Shown piece by piece: positions 19,776-29,434 of a stretch of 64,000 nt of DNA. The position numbers and the translations under genes are program-made. The DNA comes from a virus: positions 1 through 64,000 of IMG/VR virus record IMGVR_UViG_3300033144_003327; one strand, 5' to 3'. Under the pieces are notes generated by a model, which worked only from the letters and a program-made list of their open reading frames with translations, did no database searches and was not told where the DNA came from. Numbering within the stretch: position 1 is the stretch's first letter; each line of letters begins with the position of its first letter.

Positions 19776-20622
19776 AATTGTTCCCAATATCTATCTTGGC
19801 GAAACTGGCGTCCTGCTCGCCTCCGGGCCTTCTCTTACAGAAGAGCAAGTGGAATTCATTCGTCCATACCACGAACGTGGCGAAATCCGTGTTTTCGGAC
19901 TCAATGACACCTACAAAATTTGTGACTTTCTCGATGTCTTTTATGCCTGCGACCCAAGGTGGTTCGAAGAGAACCTCGACGTTCTTGAGCATCCGTGTAC
20001 CCAAAAATGGACCCAAGATGAACGCGGTGCGGCGAAGTACAAAATTAACCGTATCAAAGGTAGTGGTGGGAAAGGACTCAGCAAAAAGGAAAATCATATC
20101 AATTTCGGATCCAACAGCGGTTTTCAGTTACTGAATCTGGCATGGCACTATGGCATACGACAATTCATTTTATTGGGATACAACATGGATGTCCCTACAG
20201 GGATGCAACAACATTTCTTCGGAAAACATCCCAAACCACTCAACCAAGGGAACAACTATAGAGGATTCGCGAGATCGTTCGCGCAAATTGAAAAATCCGT
20301 CAGTGACCTGATAATCAATTGTACCTACCCGTCTAAACTGGATTGTTTCAGGAAGATGGAATTAGAGGAAGCACTAAATGGAGAACACAGAAGTCGCGGA
20401 CCTGCTGAGCAAAGCACCCCCGAAAAATCAACCGTATCCGGACCATCCAATATCCCCCATCTTCAAGGGGTATACGGGGGTACTCGTCGCTACTGGACCT
20501 TCGTTAAACAGAGCACAATTAGACCTATTGAGAGAATTGCATACGGAGGACCTGGTCAAGGTCTTCTCGATCAACAATGTCTACCAGGTGTACCCGTGGA
20601 CGGATGTCCATCTGTCATGTGA
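19762..20622 (+). CDS. MptE-like / DUF115 (Maf-like) protein, paralog 1; C-terminal 75 codons overlap paralog 2 out of frame
   Basis: GVLLASGPSL motif, FFGKHPKPL; homology to paralog 2 ends near 20400 but no stop until 20622. Confidence 0.5.
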   Translation: MPPNEIVPNIYLGETGVLLASGPSLTEEQVEFIRPYHERGEIRVFGLNDTYKICDFLDVFYACDPRWFEENLDVLEHPCTQKWTQDERGAAKYKINRIKGSGGKGLSKKENHINFGSNSGFQLLNLAWHYGIRQFILLGYNMDVPTGMQQHFFGKHPKPLNQGNNYRGFARSFAQIEKSVSDLIINCTYPSKLDCFRKMELEEALNGEHRSRGPAEQSTPEKSTVSGPSNIPHLQGVYGGTRRYWTFVKQSTIRPIERIAYGGPGQGLLDQQCLPGVPVDGCPSVM

Positions 20623-21151
20623 CGGCCCGTGGTGGCGATGGTACTGGCCAAAAGAACCTGACCTAAGAAACCTGCCCTGCCCGAAATACACCTGGTACCC
20701 CGAAATTGCGAAAGCGTTCGGAATAGATTACATTAAGGCTATCGTGAAAGATGGCCTGTCAACCGATCCCGGCATCGTTCATATCAATCACGGATCAGGT
20801 CCGATGATGATGAACCTAGCGTACCTTTACGGCATCAGGAATGTGGTCCTGCTAGGCCACGATATGAAATTCGCCCCGGACTACAACGCAGCGAAAAGGG
20901 ATCCTGGATCATTTCCACGACACTATTTCGGTGAGTATCCGAAACCATTACAACATTGGCCTTCGGTCAAAGTAAAACCTGACGGAAAGCTAGAAGGTCT
21001 GATTGAGACGTACAGGAAAATGCCGTTCGATGAGCTCGGTATGACAGTCACGAATTGTACGCCTGAATCAGCATTAGAATTCAATTACATGGATTGGAAG
21101 GAGATGGCAGATGGAATTAGGACCGCATCGTCCGGTACACGGGGAGCCTGA
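20378..21151 (+). CDS. MptE-like / DUF115 (Maf-like) protein, paralog 2
   Basis: GVLVATGPSL, YFGEYPKPL; aligns along length with paralog 1. Confidence 0.5.
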   Translation: MENTEVADLLSKAPPKNQPYPDHPISPIFKGYTGVLVATGPSLNRAQLDLLRELHTEDLVKVFSINNVYQVYPWTDVHLSCDGPWWRWYWPKEPDLRNLPCPKYTWYPEIAKAFGIDYIKAIVKDGLSTDPGIVHINHGSGPMMMNLAYLYGIRNVVLLGHDMKFAPDYNAAKRDPGSFPRHYFGEYPKPLQHWPSVKVKPDGKLEGLIETYRKMPFDELGMTVTNCTPESALEFNYMDWKEMADGIRTASSGTRGA

Positions 21152-21800
21152 TTACAAGTGGTATCACCACAAGTTAAAGGGAGTAGATCGTGAACGATGG
21201 ATGCTACCTCAAGACGAAGGGATGTATCAAAACTCCTTTGGTTTCGTTCTGGACAACATTGAAAGAACCGTTAAACACATCCCCGAAGACGACAGACAAT
21301 TGTGCGTTCAAGCCGGCGGGTGTTTCGGACTCTGGCCCTACCTTTACTCACTCTATTTTGAGGAGGTCGTTACGTACGAGCCCATGCCTGTAAATCTCAA
21401 ATGCCTGAAAAGAAATATCAGCGACAGGAAAAACATCACTGCATTCAGAAATGCTCTCAGTGATAAAGAAGAAATGGTTGACATGACCTATTCCAAACCG
21501 AATTTGAACAGCTACGGCGCGCACCACACGAAGTCTGAGGGTAGAATACAGGCATGGCCATTGGACGAATTCTATTGGGAACGGCTCGATCATCTTCAGT
21601 TGGACGTAGAGGGTGACGAGTTGAAAGTCTTGAAAGGTGCGGAACGGGTCATCGGAGAGTTCACTCCCTTAATCACTCTTGAGGTTAGGAACCTGCCGCA
21701 CATGACGATCCCTGCCGCCCGAGCTGAAACATGGTTGAAAAAGACATTCGGGTACAGGGAAATTGATAGGTTTGCCGGAGATAGGTTGTACTCAGTATGA
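21111..21800 (+). CDS. FkbM-family SAM-dependent methyltransferase
   Basis: VQAGGCFG SAM-binding motif and LQLDVEGDELKVLKGAE FkbM signature. Confidence 0.65.
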   Translation: MELGPHRPVHGEPDYKWYHHKLKGVDRERWMLPQDEGMYQNSFGFVLDNIERTVKHIPEDDRQLCVQAGGCFGLWPYLYSLYFEEVVTYEPMPVNLKCLKRNISDRKNITAFRNALSDKEEMVDMTYSKPNLNSYGAHHTKSEGRIQAWPLDEFYWERLDHLQLDVEGDELKVLKGAERVIGEFTPLITLEVRNLPHMTIPAARAETWLKKTFGYREIDRFAGDRLYSV

Positions 21801-22486
21801 AAGAATCAATGACGAAAGAACAATGGCATAAAACATACGGATGGCAGGAACACAACCATACCTATTGGCCTGCCGATTTCAAGTTCTTATGGCCTAATGG
21901 CGATAAGCTACTCCACGGTGACATACCGACTTTGGCACATTTGGACGAATTTGTGTTTCCTCTCGTACCTGAGAAGCGTGTCGCAGTCCAAGCGGGTGGA
22001 GCTATGGGCATGTGGGCCAAGAGAATGGCCCAAGAATTCGGTGTCGTGTATACGTTTGAGCCAAATCCGCAGAGCTTCTATTGCTGTAGTTTCAATTGCC
22101 CGGAGGAAAATGTCGTGCCTTTCCATGCTGCCTTGGGAGCTGAGCCGGCTCTAATCAAAGTGAGCACGCCGCACCGTGAGCAGAATTACGGGGCCAACCG
22201 TGTCACTGGCGCGGGGCACGTTCCCGTCATGACTATCGACAGTCTAGAGCTTGAGCATTGCGACCTCCTGATGTTAGACATCGAGGGATACGAATTGTTC
22301 GCCTTGCAAGGTGCGTTGGAGACGATTAAGAGATGCAAACCTGTCATCGTTCTGGAGGACAAAGGATGCTCCACAGAGTTCGGATATCAAAAAGGGCGCG
22401 TTGAAAGATTCCTGCAGAGAAAGGCGAAGTACCGAACCCATTCACGATTCCATGGCGATAGGGATGTGATACTATGTCCAGAATGA
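21797..22486 (+). CDS. FkbM-family SAM-dependent methyltransferase (paralog)
   Basis: VQAGGAMG and LLMLDIEGYELFALQGA. Confidence 0.65.
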   Translation: MKESMTKEQWHKTYGWQEHNHTYWPADFKFLWPNGDKLLHGDIPTLAHLDEFVFPLVPEKRVAVQAGGAMGMWAKRMAQEFGVVYTFEPNPQSFYCCSFNCPEENVVPFHAALGAEPALIKVSTPHREQNYGANRVTGAGHVPVMTIDSLELEHCDLLMLDIEGYELFALQGALETIKRCKPVIVLEDKGCSTEFGYQKGRVERFLQRKAKYRTHSRFHGDRDVILCPE

Positions 22487-23208
22487 TCACTCAATCAACG
22501 TTGACCACCAACGGTGTCGATTTAAAAACACCTCCCCTGCCGGTGCCACCGCGCGTCACTTCCGGGCCTTCCCCAGCTCATGTGATCGTGGTGTGCGTCT
22601 GGTGGGGGAGTCAATACGGTGTGGAATATGTCGAGAAGCTGAGGAACTCTGTCGCGAGAAATCTCACGATACCCCATGATTTTCTCTGTGTGACGTCCCA
22701 CGTCGGCCCCGACGGTGTCACACGTATTAGTCCACCACGTGGAGGTGAAGGTTGGTGGCAAAAGGTGAACCTATTCGATCCCCTGATGTTCCCCTCCGGT
22801 GTACGAGTCCTCTATTTAGATTTGGATGTGGTCGTGGTTGGCTCTCTCGATAAGCTCGCCTCATCGAATGAACCATTCTGTATGATTGAGAATTACGGCC
22901 CCAACAAAGGCCACGCCGCGCACAATTCATCGATCATGTTGTGGACGCCCGATGAGAAGACCGCAAGGATCTACAACCTGTTCAGTGATGATGTCCCAAA
23001 ACAGCTACACGGTGACCAGTGTTGGATATGGCGCGTAATGAGAGACGACATAACTGATTTTCATCAGAACATGGCCGTGTCATATAAGTATGAAAAAGCG
23101 TCACCGAATTGGCATCACGCTGACGACAAGACTGCTGTCGTCGTGTTCCACGGGCAGCCAAAGCCCCACCAGGTAAAGGACCAAATGATTGTCCAGAATT
23201 GGCAATGA
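22474..23208 (+). CDS. putative GT-A-fold glycosyltransferase
   Basis: VIVVCVWWGSQYG N-terminal beta-strand and LYLDLDVVVVGSLD DxD-like motif. Confidence 0.35.
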   Translation: MSRMITQSTLTTNGVDLKTPPLPVPPRVTSGPSPAHVIVVCVWWGSQYGVEYVEKLRNSVARNLTIPHDFLCVTSHVGPDGVTRISPPRGGEGWWQKVNLFDPLMFPSGVRVLYLDLDVVVVGSLDKLASSNEPFCMIENYGPNKGHAAHNSSIMLWTPDEKTARIYNLFSDDVPKQLHGDQCWIWRVMRDDITDFHQNMAVSYKYEKASPNWHHADDKTAVVVFHGQPKPHQVKDQMIVQNWQ

Positions 23209-23210
23209 TT

Positions 23211-23250
23211 CCTTGTAATGGTGAGTCAAGGGTATACTATTAAATATGAA
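23211..23250 (+). promoter_or_regulatory. class-1 conserved promoter-like element (copy 2)
   Basis: CCTTGTAATGGTGAGTCAAGGGTATACTATTAAATATGAAG then CACACATAGAAAGGAAG RBS. Confidence 0.45.
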
Positions 23251-23272
23251 GCACACATAGAAAGGAAGATTC

Positions 23273-23932
23273 ATGAATGTACTAGCAACAAAGATATCAG
23301 ATTCATCAGCCAAGTACGGTGAAGACAAGGACTGCACCGTAGTAGCGTTGGCCGTCATACTTGACGGTGATTACCCCCGCGCCCACGCCGCCCTGAAAAA
23401 AGCCGGTCGAAAAGATGGGCGCGGTATGGCATCGTATTTGTGGGAAAAGGTCTACCCAAAGGTAGGGTACGCTCTCGATGTTGTGACGAATAATTTCAAA
23501 AGCAAAACCATTCGCGCTCTTGAAAAAGAGTTGGCCGAATTAGATGACGGACGAAAGTATGTCATCAACGTCAGTGGTCATGTCGCAGCGTGGGACGGCA
23601 AAGAATTAGTTGACTGGACGTCGGGTAGGCTACATCGTATTCAAGAAGTGTTTCATGCTCGTCCGATGAATGAAAAACCTATCCCCGTTAAGGCTCCTGA
23701 GCCCTTCGTCCGAAGCGACCTGACCGATTGTATTTTTATCGAGAAAGGCAGACGGGCCAACCATTACAAAATCATGATTCGTGAAAACGGAGTGATACGT
23801 CATTTAAACGACGCAATGGATTGTTACCATGCGGAATGGAAGGCGGAACACGCCGCACACAGACGAGGCATTGAAGACCTCAGCCACTCCACTCGTGGAG
23901 AGGTAGCAGCCTACCATTGGAACCGGTTTTAA
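23273..23932 (+). CDS. hypothetical protein (possible Cys/His hydrolase)
   Basis: 219 aa; DCTVVALAV ... SGHVAAWDG spacing reminiscent of papain-like Cys-His dyad; weak. Confidence 0.35.
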   Translation: MNVLATKISDSSAKYGEDKDCTVVALAVILDGDYPRAHAALKKAGRKDGRGMASYLWEKVYPKVGYALDVVTNNFKSKTIRALEKELAELDDGRKYVINVSGHVAAWDGKELVDWTSGRLHRIQEVFHARPMNEKPIPVKAPEPFVRSDLTDCIFIEKGRRANHYKIMIRENGVIRHLNDAMDCYHAEWKAEHAAHRRGIEDLSHSTRGEVAAYHWNRF

Positions 23933-23942
23933 GGAGAATACC

Positions 23943-24224
23943 ATGCCAATCTGTTACCAGTGTGACGAAGAAACAACGTACCTATTCGCTGACGCACGTT
24001 GTAAAGACTGCACACGACTCACGCCTGAAGAGGTGGTCGGCAACGTTGCAAAGTATGACCGAAACGAGCGGCGCATCGCCTGCTTGAAGCGAGCCCTGCG
24101 AACATTGGCTGCCGCCCAGCACATGAGAGGCGACATGCTTGAGATAGAAGCTATCATAACGGAGCTAGGTGGCAACGCCCGCGAGGCTCCTCACCGCGCA
24201 ATCATGAAAGGAATAGATCAATGA
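23943..24224 (+). CDS. hypothetical protein with N-terminal CxxC..CxxC zinc ribbon
   Basis: MPICYQCDEE...CKDC. Confidence 0.3.
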   Translation: MPICYQCDEETTYLFADARCKDCTRLTPEEVVGNVAKYDRNERRIACLKRALRTLAAAQHMRGDMLEIEAIITELGGNAREAPHRAIMKGIDQ

Positions 24225-24838
24225 AATTGTACCACGGAACATCAGCCCTGTACCTGGAATCGATTCTGGATCAGGGCATCCAACCACGTCTGACGCGCCC
24301 GTCTAATTGGGAGAAGTGCCCGAGCCGCGAGGACGTCGTGTACCTTACCAATGCCTACGGATTCTTCTACGCAGCAGAGGCCGCAAAAGAGAGCGCCATG
24401 CTCATAGTAGAGGTTGACGTTGACCTGGACGACCTGCTACCGGACGAGGATTGGTTAGAGCAGGTGAGCCGGAAACCAGACGATCTTCCAAGGGATATGC
24501 TCGCCAGGACGTGGGCATATCGTGACGCGCTCGATCAATATGGCGAGTATGCGATAGACAGTCTCGCGGGGCTCGGCAACGCCGCTCACTTGGGACCCAT
24601 CAGCAAGGACCAGATCACGGGGATGGCAGTCATAAGCGATGACGCATTCTCGTTCGCTTTCGATCCAACCATATGTCTGGCCAACTACAGCATCATGGGA
24701 GAGTACTACCGCAACGGCATGAGGTGGCTCTTCGATCCTGACTCTGAGTTGGAGGCGGGCGGGCTGTTCGCGGACAGGAACGCTTTCATCAAAGAACTCC
24801 CAAGAACTCATGTGAAACTCATTTCCGCATTAAGTTAA
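24221..24838 (+). CDS. hypothetical protein, possible ADP-ribosyltransferase-fold (H-Y-E class) protein
   Basis: N-terminal LYHGTS followed by VVYLTNAYGFFYAAE resembles H-x-S/T and Y motifs of ART/DarT/Tpt1-like folds; speculative. Confidence 0.3.
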   Translation: MKLYHGTSALYLESILDQGIQPRLTRPSNWEKCPSREDVVYLTNAYGFFYAAEAAKESAMLIVEVDVDLDDLLPDEDWLEQVSRKPDDLPRDMLARTWAYRDALDQYGEYAIDSLAGLGNAAHLGPISKDQITGMAVISDDAFSFAFDPTICLANYSIMGEYYRNGMRWLFDPDSELEAGGLFADRNAFIKELPRTHVKLISALS

Positions 24839-24844
24839 GAACCG

Positions 24845-24884
24845 CTTGTAACGGTGAGTCAGGTTGTTACTATTAAATATGAAG
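24845..24884 (+). promoter_or_regulatory. class-1 conserved promoter-like element (copy 3)
   Basis: CTTGTAACGGTGAGTCAGGTTGTTACTATTAAATATGAAG then CACATAGAAAGGAAAATGAAATG. Confidence 0.45.
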
Positions 24885-24910
24885 TTAACGCACATAGAAA
24901 GGAAAATGAA

Positions 24911-25306
24911 ATGATTGAAATCAAGCCAGCACCGCGTTCCAATCCAGACGGGTTACCGAACCTGCCTTGGAATATTTGGAAGGACGGTCGCAACACGAAC
25001 GTGAAGCCGAACAAGGAAGAGGCTGAAAGGGCCGCCGGTATTGTCGGCACTATCACGGGCCGTTGTCACGCACAACATGTCATGGAACATTATCCAGAGA
25101 AAGGGAATGGCTACTTTGAAGTCCCGCGTCCACGAGGTGCTCCAGAGCTTGGAGCGAAGATTGAGTACACCTACCTCGACGGATCGAAAGTTGAGGCGCG
25201 GGTGTCAGCGTATTTATCTACTCAGTTCATAATCGAGTATGAAACGCTCACTGGAACGAAGGAAGACGTCGTCCACCCCGGCGAAGACTACAAGGTGGTA
25301 GGATGA
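24911..25306 (+). CDS. hypothetical protein
   Basis: ORF 24854..25306; start placed at ATG after AGAAAGGAAAATGAA RBS. Confidence 0.3.
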   Translation: MIEIKPAPRSNPDGLPNLPWNIWKDGRNTNVKPNKEEAERAAGIVGTITGRCHAQHVMEHYPEKGNGYFEVPRPRGAPELGAKIEYTYLDGSKVEARVSAYLSTQFIIEYETLTGTKEDVVHPGEDYKVVG

Positions 25307-25548
25307 AACGTCAATCACAATTGTCATTCGCCACGCGGTACTACTTGATCGTGGCGTGGAGAGTGTTCAAGATTTCGTTGCCTTGGGCAATCGGCATCGG
25401 TTTAATCTTTGGGCTCGGATATTGGAGCGCATCATGGTAACGGAGAAGGCATTGAAGGAGCGCACCAAGGACACTCTTATACGATATATTGGTGCGCTGA
25501 GAGAGGAATTGTCACTCGTGTACGAAGCGAGGATCAAGGAGAAAGGAA

Positions 25549-25992
25549 ATGACGAACGTAGCAAATAAGGCAGCGGACATCGCCTACCGGGCATATGGCC
25601 GCGCTGGCGTGGACGGTTTCTACCACGCCTGTGAGTTGGCTCGCAAGGTAGCGGACGACAAGCGGGCCAGTACACGGCACGTGGCAATCGCCTACCTGTC
25701 GGGTGTCCTGAAAGACACCACTGTCACAGCCATTGATCTTTTGGAAATGGGTGTCGCCGGTGATGTCGTTAACGGTGTGAAGCGATTGAAACGCCACTAC
25801 GGTGAGTCGTTCATTGACTATATCATTCGAGTCAGCGAGGACCCCGATGCGAGCCTGGTCAAACTTCACGACCTTGAAATCGTTCGCGGTAAGGTCCCGG
25901 TGTCAAACTTTGACGTCGGTCGTCGGTTCTACCGATCCATTGACCTGATGCGCAAATCGATCCGTCGCAACTGCGAGCGGAGAACGATATGA
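25549..25992 (+). CDS. RelA/SpoT-type HD-domain-like protein with degenerate catalytic HD motif
   Basis: AADIAYRAYGRAG..YHACELA..VAIAYLSGVLKDTTVT..GVKRL..VKLHDLE aligns with SpoT AHxGQ..HPLxVA..AALLHDVVEDT..GVxKL..LADRLHNM, but HD replaced by SG. Confidence 0.35.
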   Translation: MTNVANKAADIAYRAYGRAGVDGFYHACELARKVADDKRASTRHVAIAYLSGVLKDTTVTAIDLLEMGVAGDVVNGVKRLKRHYGESFIDYIIRVSEDPDASLVKLHDLEIVRGKVPVSNFDVGRRFYRSIDLMRKSIRRNCERRTI

Positions 25993-26273
25993 GCCGCGCC
26001 GAGGCTGCCGCCGCACTGCATTACCTTATCAAGATGCGACCTGGCTCAATGACCAGGAACGGCTGTACTGTCTATGGCTTTGGTGGGCGCGAAGTGTACA
26101 TCGGATCGGGGCATCACATGTTTCGTCGTTTCGAGATTACTGTGATTAAGGAGAAAGCCCAAGGGCTGTCTATCCTTGACATGGCCGGCATAGAAAAGGC
26201 TGCTCGCAACGTTTGCAAGTTCAATTCTAATAGTGTAAACAGTGTTAAATATGAGCATACTTGTACGTCATGA
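25989..26273 (+). CDS. hypothetical protein
   Basis: 94-aa ORF coupled to upstream gene. Confidence 0.25.
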   Translation: MSRAEAAAALHYLIKMRPGSMTRNGCTVYGFGGREVYIGSGHHMFRRFEITVIKEKAQGLSILDMAGIEKAARNVCKFNSNSVNSVKYEHTCTS

Positions 26274-26441
26274 CGCACCGCCGAACACCGTCACCCACCT
26301 CGGGTGCAAGGTCGCGATTAGGACCCTGCTGGAGAGGCGCGGGCGGAGTTGGGTTCCAATGGTGCAACACATTACGCTCGAAGGACCAGAACAGAAGGTG
26401 TCGGAAATCCGGCCCACCCACTAGAAAGTAAGGAGAACGAA

Positions 26442-26876
26442 ATGGAAGAGAAGTTGCTCGTTAGAGCCGTCCCAAAATCTGCTATGCAGAAGATTCGTCA
26501 GTACACGAGCCTCCGGGCATTCGCTGAATTGGGACCAGATGGACATCCCATCAAGTATTTTATTCAAAGCGACGGCGTGGCACGTAGAGCGAAACCGAGG
26601 CCCAGTAGGACTACAGGTCGGGGTGGTAATTCCCCTGTCATTTCAGGTGCTACGTTTTTGGTTACTCAACCAGGTGCTGTTAAACAACCTTTTAATCGTA
26701 GCTCAAAATGCGGTCGAGCGTGGAGAGTCGTGAGGAACTTATTGAGTAATGATACTCATACACGGTCATATCTAGCGACTCATGTAGCCGACGAACTCAA
26801 TATCTCTTACAACGAGGCGAACAGCATAATGAGTGAGTTCTGCCAGCGCAAGAAACTGTTGGTGCCGCAACCATGA
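26442..26876 (+). CDS. hypothetical protein with C-terminal winged-helix-like segment
   Basis: start after GTAAGGAGAACGAA RBS; C-terminal SYLATHVADELNISYNEANSIMSEF HTH-like. Confidence 0.3.
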   Translation: MEEKLLVRAVPKSAMQKIRQYTSLRAFAELGPDGHPIKYFIQSDGVARRAKPRPSRTTGRGGNSPVISGATFLVTQPGAVKQPFNRSSKCGRAWRVVRNLLSNDTHTRSYLATHVADELNISYNEANSIMSEFCQRKKLLVPQP

Positions 26877-27072
26877 GCCTGGACTACAAGGTATTGAGTG
26901 TTGACGAGCTTCTGCATTATGGATCACTGGGCGAAATTGAGGGCCTGGACGCCGGCATCGCTGAACAACTGAAAAGGGAAATCGAACCTGATGACGATTG
27001 TGAAGGAGTTCGTACTAAACTTGCGGAGGCTGAAGATTGCCTTGAAGAAATTGCCAGGATGGCAGGAGGATA

Positions 27073-27414
27073 ATGATGGGAATTTGGGACAAACTAAAAC
27101 AGTGGGCAGGGAAAGACAAGAATGTCGCCCCTTCCAAAGCGTTAAAGAACGAAACGATTTCGTACGACGGTGCCAAGGTGTCGCCCACGAAGAAGTATTG
27201 CAACGGGAAAGAGCGCGGGCGGGCTCGTGCGATGCACCGGTTCAATGCAAGGCAGAACAGATCCGCACGGCGGAAGGTAAACGAGCAGTCGCCTTATCTA
27301 TCGTTCCAACAATTGGATGCGATAAAAAGACTCCACGGTAGGCGGGCAGGGCTGGCGTTGGCGGGTCTTGTTCGTAAACAGGAGATGACTTTCCGGGAGG
27401 CGATGGACTCATGA
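27073..27414 (+). CDS. hypothetical basic protein
   Basis: 113 aa, Arg/Lys-rich. Confidence 0.25.
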   Translation: MMGIWDKLKQWAGKDKNVAPSKALKNETISYDGAKVSPTKKYCNGKERGRARAMHRFNARQNRSARRKVNEQSPYLSFQQLDAIKRLHGRRAGLALAGLVRKQEMTFREAMDS

Positions 27415-27681
27415 TGATTCGATTCAGGAACGCGACCATCTGGCTGTGCATAGGCATGGTCCTCGCTTGGAACGACTGGGCCGTGGTGCAGGAAGCCATC
27501 GCGCTGGTACAATCGTGAGACCACTCTTCTCGCTTAGGGACATGACAATCGTGTTCCTTGGGGTTGTTGTGGTACTGCTATTGATGTCCTGGGCCTACGA
27601 CCAAGGCGTCGTTGACACCGACTCCTGGTACGAAGAAGAGTCCTGGGATTGCATTGAAACTGAAATGGAGCCCTGTGCGAC

Positions 27682-28875
27682 ATGATAATATTTGAGAACA
27701 ATGAAGAGATTGACGTTCGCGCGATAAAGACATTTGGCGTCAACGTCAAAGACAACGACGAAGCCATCGGCTATTTTGGCACGGGCCTGAAGTATGCGAT
27801 CGCAGTTATCTTGCGAGCCGGCTGCACGATAACCATCTGGTCTGGCATGACTGAATACGTGTTTGATACTATGCCAACTGAGATACGCGGCAAGCCTTTC
27901 CACATCGTTCGCATGAATGGTGAGGAATTAGGCTTCAGCACAGAGCTCGGAAAGAACTGGGAAATGTGGATGGCCTACCGTGAATTGCACTGTAACTGTA
28001 CTGATGAGGGCGGAAAACCACGTGAGAGTAACCTGAGCAGGCCGCTGCCCAAGGAAGGCGCCACATTGGTTACGGTCAAAGGTATGGCGTTTGAGAACGC
28101 ATTCAAAGATCGCCATTCCATTATCCTTGACAAGAAATTACTCGAGACCGGTGACCGGGTGACCGCACACGAAGGCAAATCAAACGGCATCTTCTACAAG
28201 AACATTCGTGTACATGAACTTGTCATGGTTGAGTCATTGATGACATATAATTTGACAGGTGACGTTGAACTGACTGAAGACCGGACATTGAAGTATCGAC
28301 ACCACGCGGACTACCCAATTATAGAATTGATCCTGAAAAACAACAACAAGGAGTTCATTCGTGAAGTGTTGTGTGCGCCGCGCGGGTTCTATGAGTACGA
28401 GATCGATTACCGCACCGGTATCCACGCGCCAGGGAAGACCTTCCTGGAGGCGGCAGGCGAGTTGCGTGAAGAGTTGTTCGATCAGGAGATGAACGGTTCA
28501 GCTATCAGTTTACATAAAGAGCACGTCATGAAATCAGTGCTACCGACAGACTCGGTCAAACTTAATGATGTCCAAGAGACGCAGTTAACCAAGGCCAAGA
28601 CATTCGTAAACGATATCCTGAGGTGCGATATGCACGCCTACCCGATTATCGTCCTTAACACGCTCGGTCGGAATATGCTGGGCCGTGCCGACGACGGAAA
28701 GATATACATCGCATTGGCGACTTTTGAACAAGGTACCAAATGGGTCGCGGCTGCACTCTACGAAGAATATACTCACCTGTTCGATGGCGTCAAAGATGAG
28801 ACGTTCGAGCAGAAAATAATCTACCTGACGAAGGTTTTGTCGTTGGGTGAGCAAATAAACGGAGAACCTTTATGA
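27682..28875 (+). CDS. hypothetical protein (397 aa)
   Basis: largest non-structural unknown; N-terminal GYFGTGLKYAIAVILRAG glycine motif of uncertain family. Confidence 0.35.
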   Translation: MIIFENNEEIDVRAIKTFGVNVKDNDEAIGYFGTGLKYAIAVILRAGCTITIWSGMTEYVFDTMPTEIRGKPFHIVRMNGEELGFSTELGKNWEMWMAYRELHCNCTDEGGKPRESNLSRPLPKEGATLVTVKGMAFENAFKDRHSIILDKKLLETGDRVTAHEGKSNGIFYKNIRVHELVMVESLMTYNLTGDVELTEDRTLKYRHHADYPIIELILKNNNKEFIREVLCAPRGFYEYEIDYRTGIHAPGKTFLEAAGELREELFDQEMNGSAISLHKEHVMKSVLPTDSVKLNDVQETQLTKAKTFVNDILRCDMHAYPIIVLNTLGRNMLGRADDGKIYIALATFEQGTKWVAAALYEEYTHLFDGVKDETFEQKIIYLTKVLSLGEQINGEPL

Positions 28876-29434
28876 CATACGTATTGTGGGGCATTGCTAC
28901 ACTGTTTTTCTTTGCAAGTTTTGGAACTGACGGCAAACAATCCGACACCTGCTTAATGGCGGCGGGGCTGTTCGCAATCGCAGCAAGGATGGGATGAAAA
29001 GAGAGGATGGCATGCTTGAACTCACTCGTGACGAGGTTATCTACTTGTGGCAGGAGGCCCATGGCGTGCCGTTCCCGAAGAACTTAGAAATTGGCAGGGC
29101 GGCCGAAGCATGTCTGCTGACCCTTGGCGCCGGAAAGATAGAGAGGATGTTGGACAATGACAGTGATCAGTGTTGATGTTAGACCTAAGCGGTTAGCTGA
29201 TGACTCGTGGACGTTATACGAATTCACGATTACAGATGAGATTGTCAACACTAGACATGGAAGAATAAATAGAGGGACGCGTCGTGTCTGGCCAGAAGCT
29301 AAACAAGAGAATGGCCGCGGCAAGAAGTTCCCGACACAGAAGAAGGCCATGCTGTTCTTTCTAGAATTTAAGGAAGACTTTTCGATAGCGAAAGGATCCC
29401 TGTTGCAAAAGAGATTAAAAAGGATGAAGTTGAT

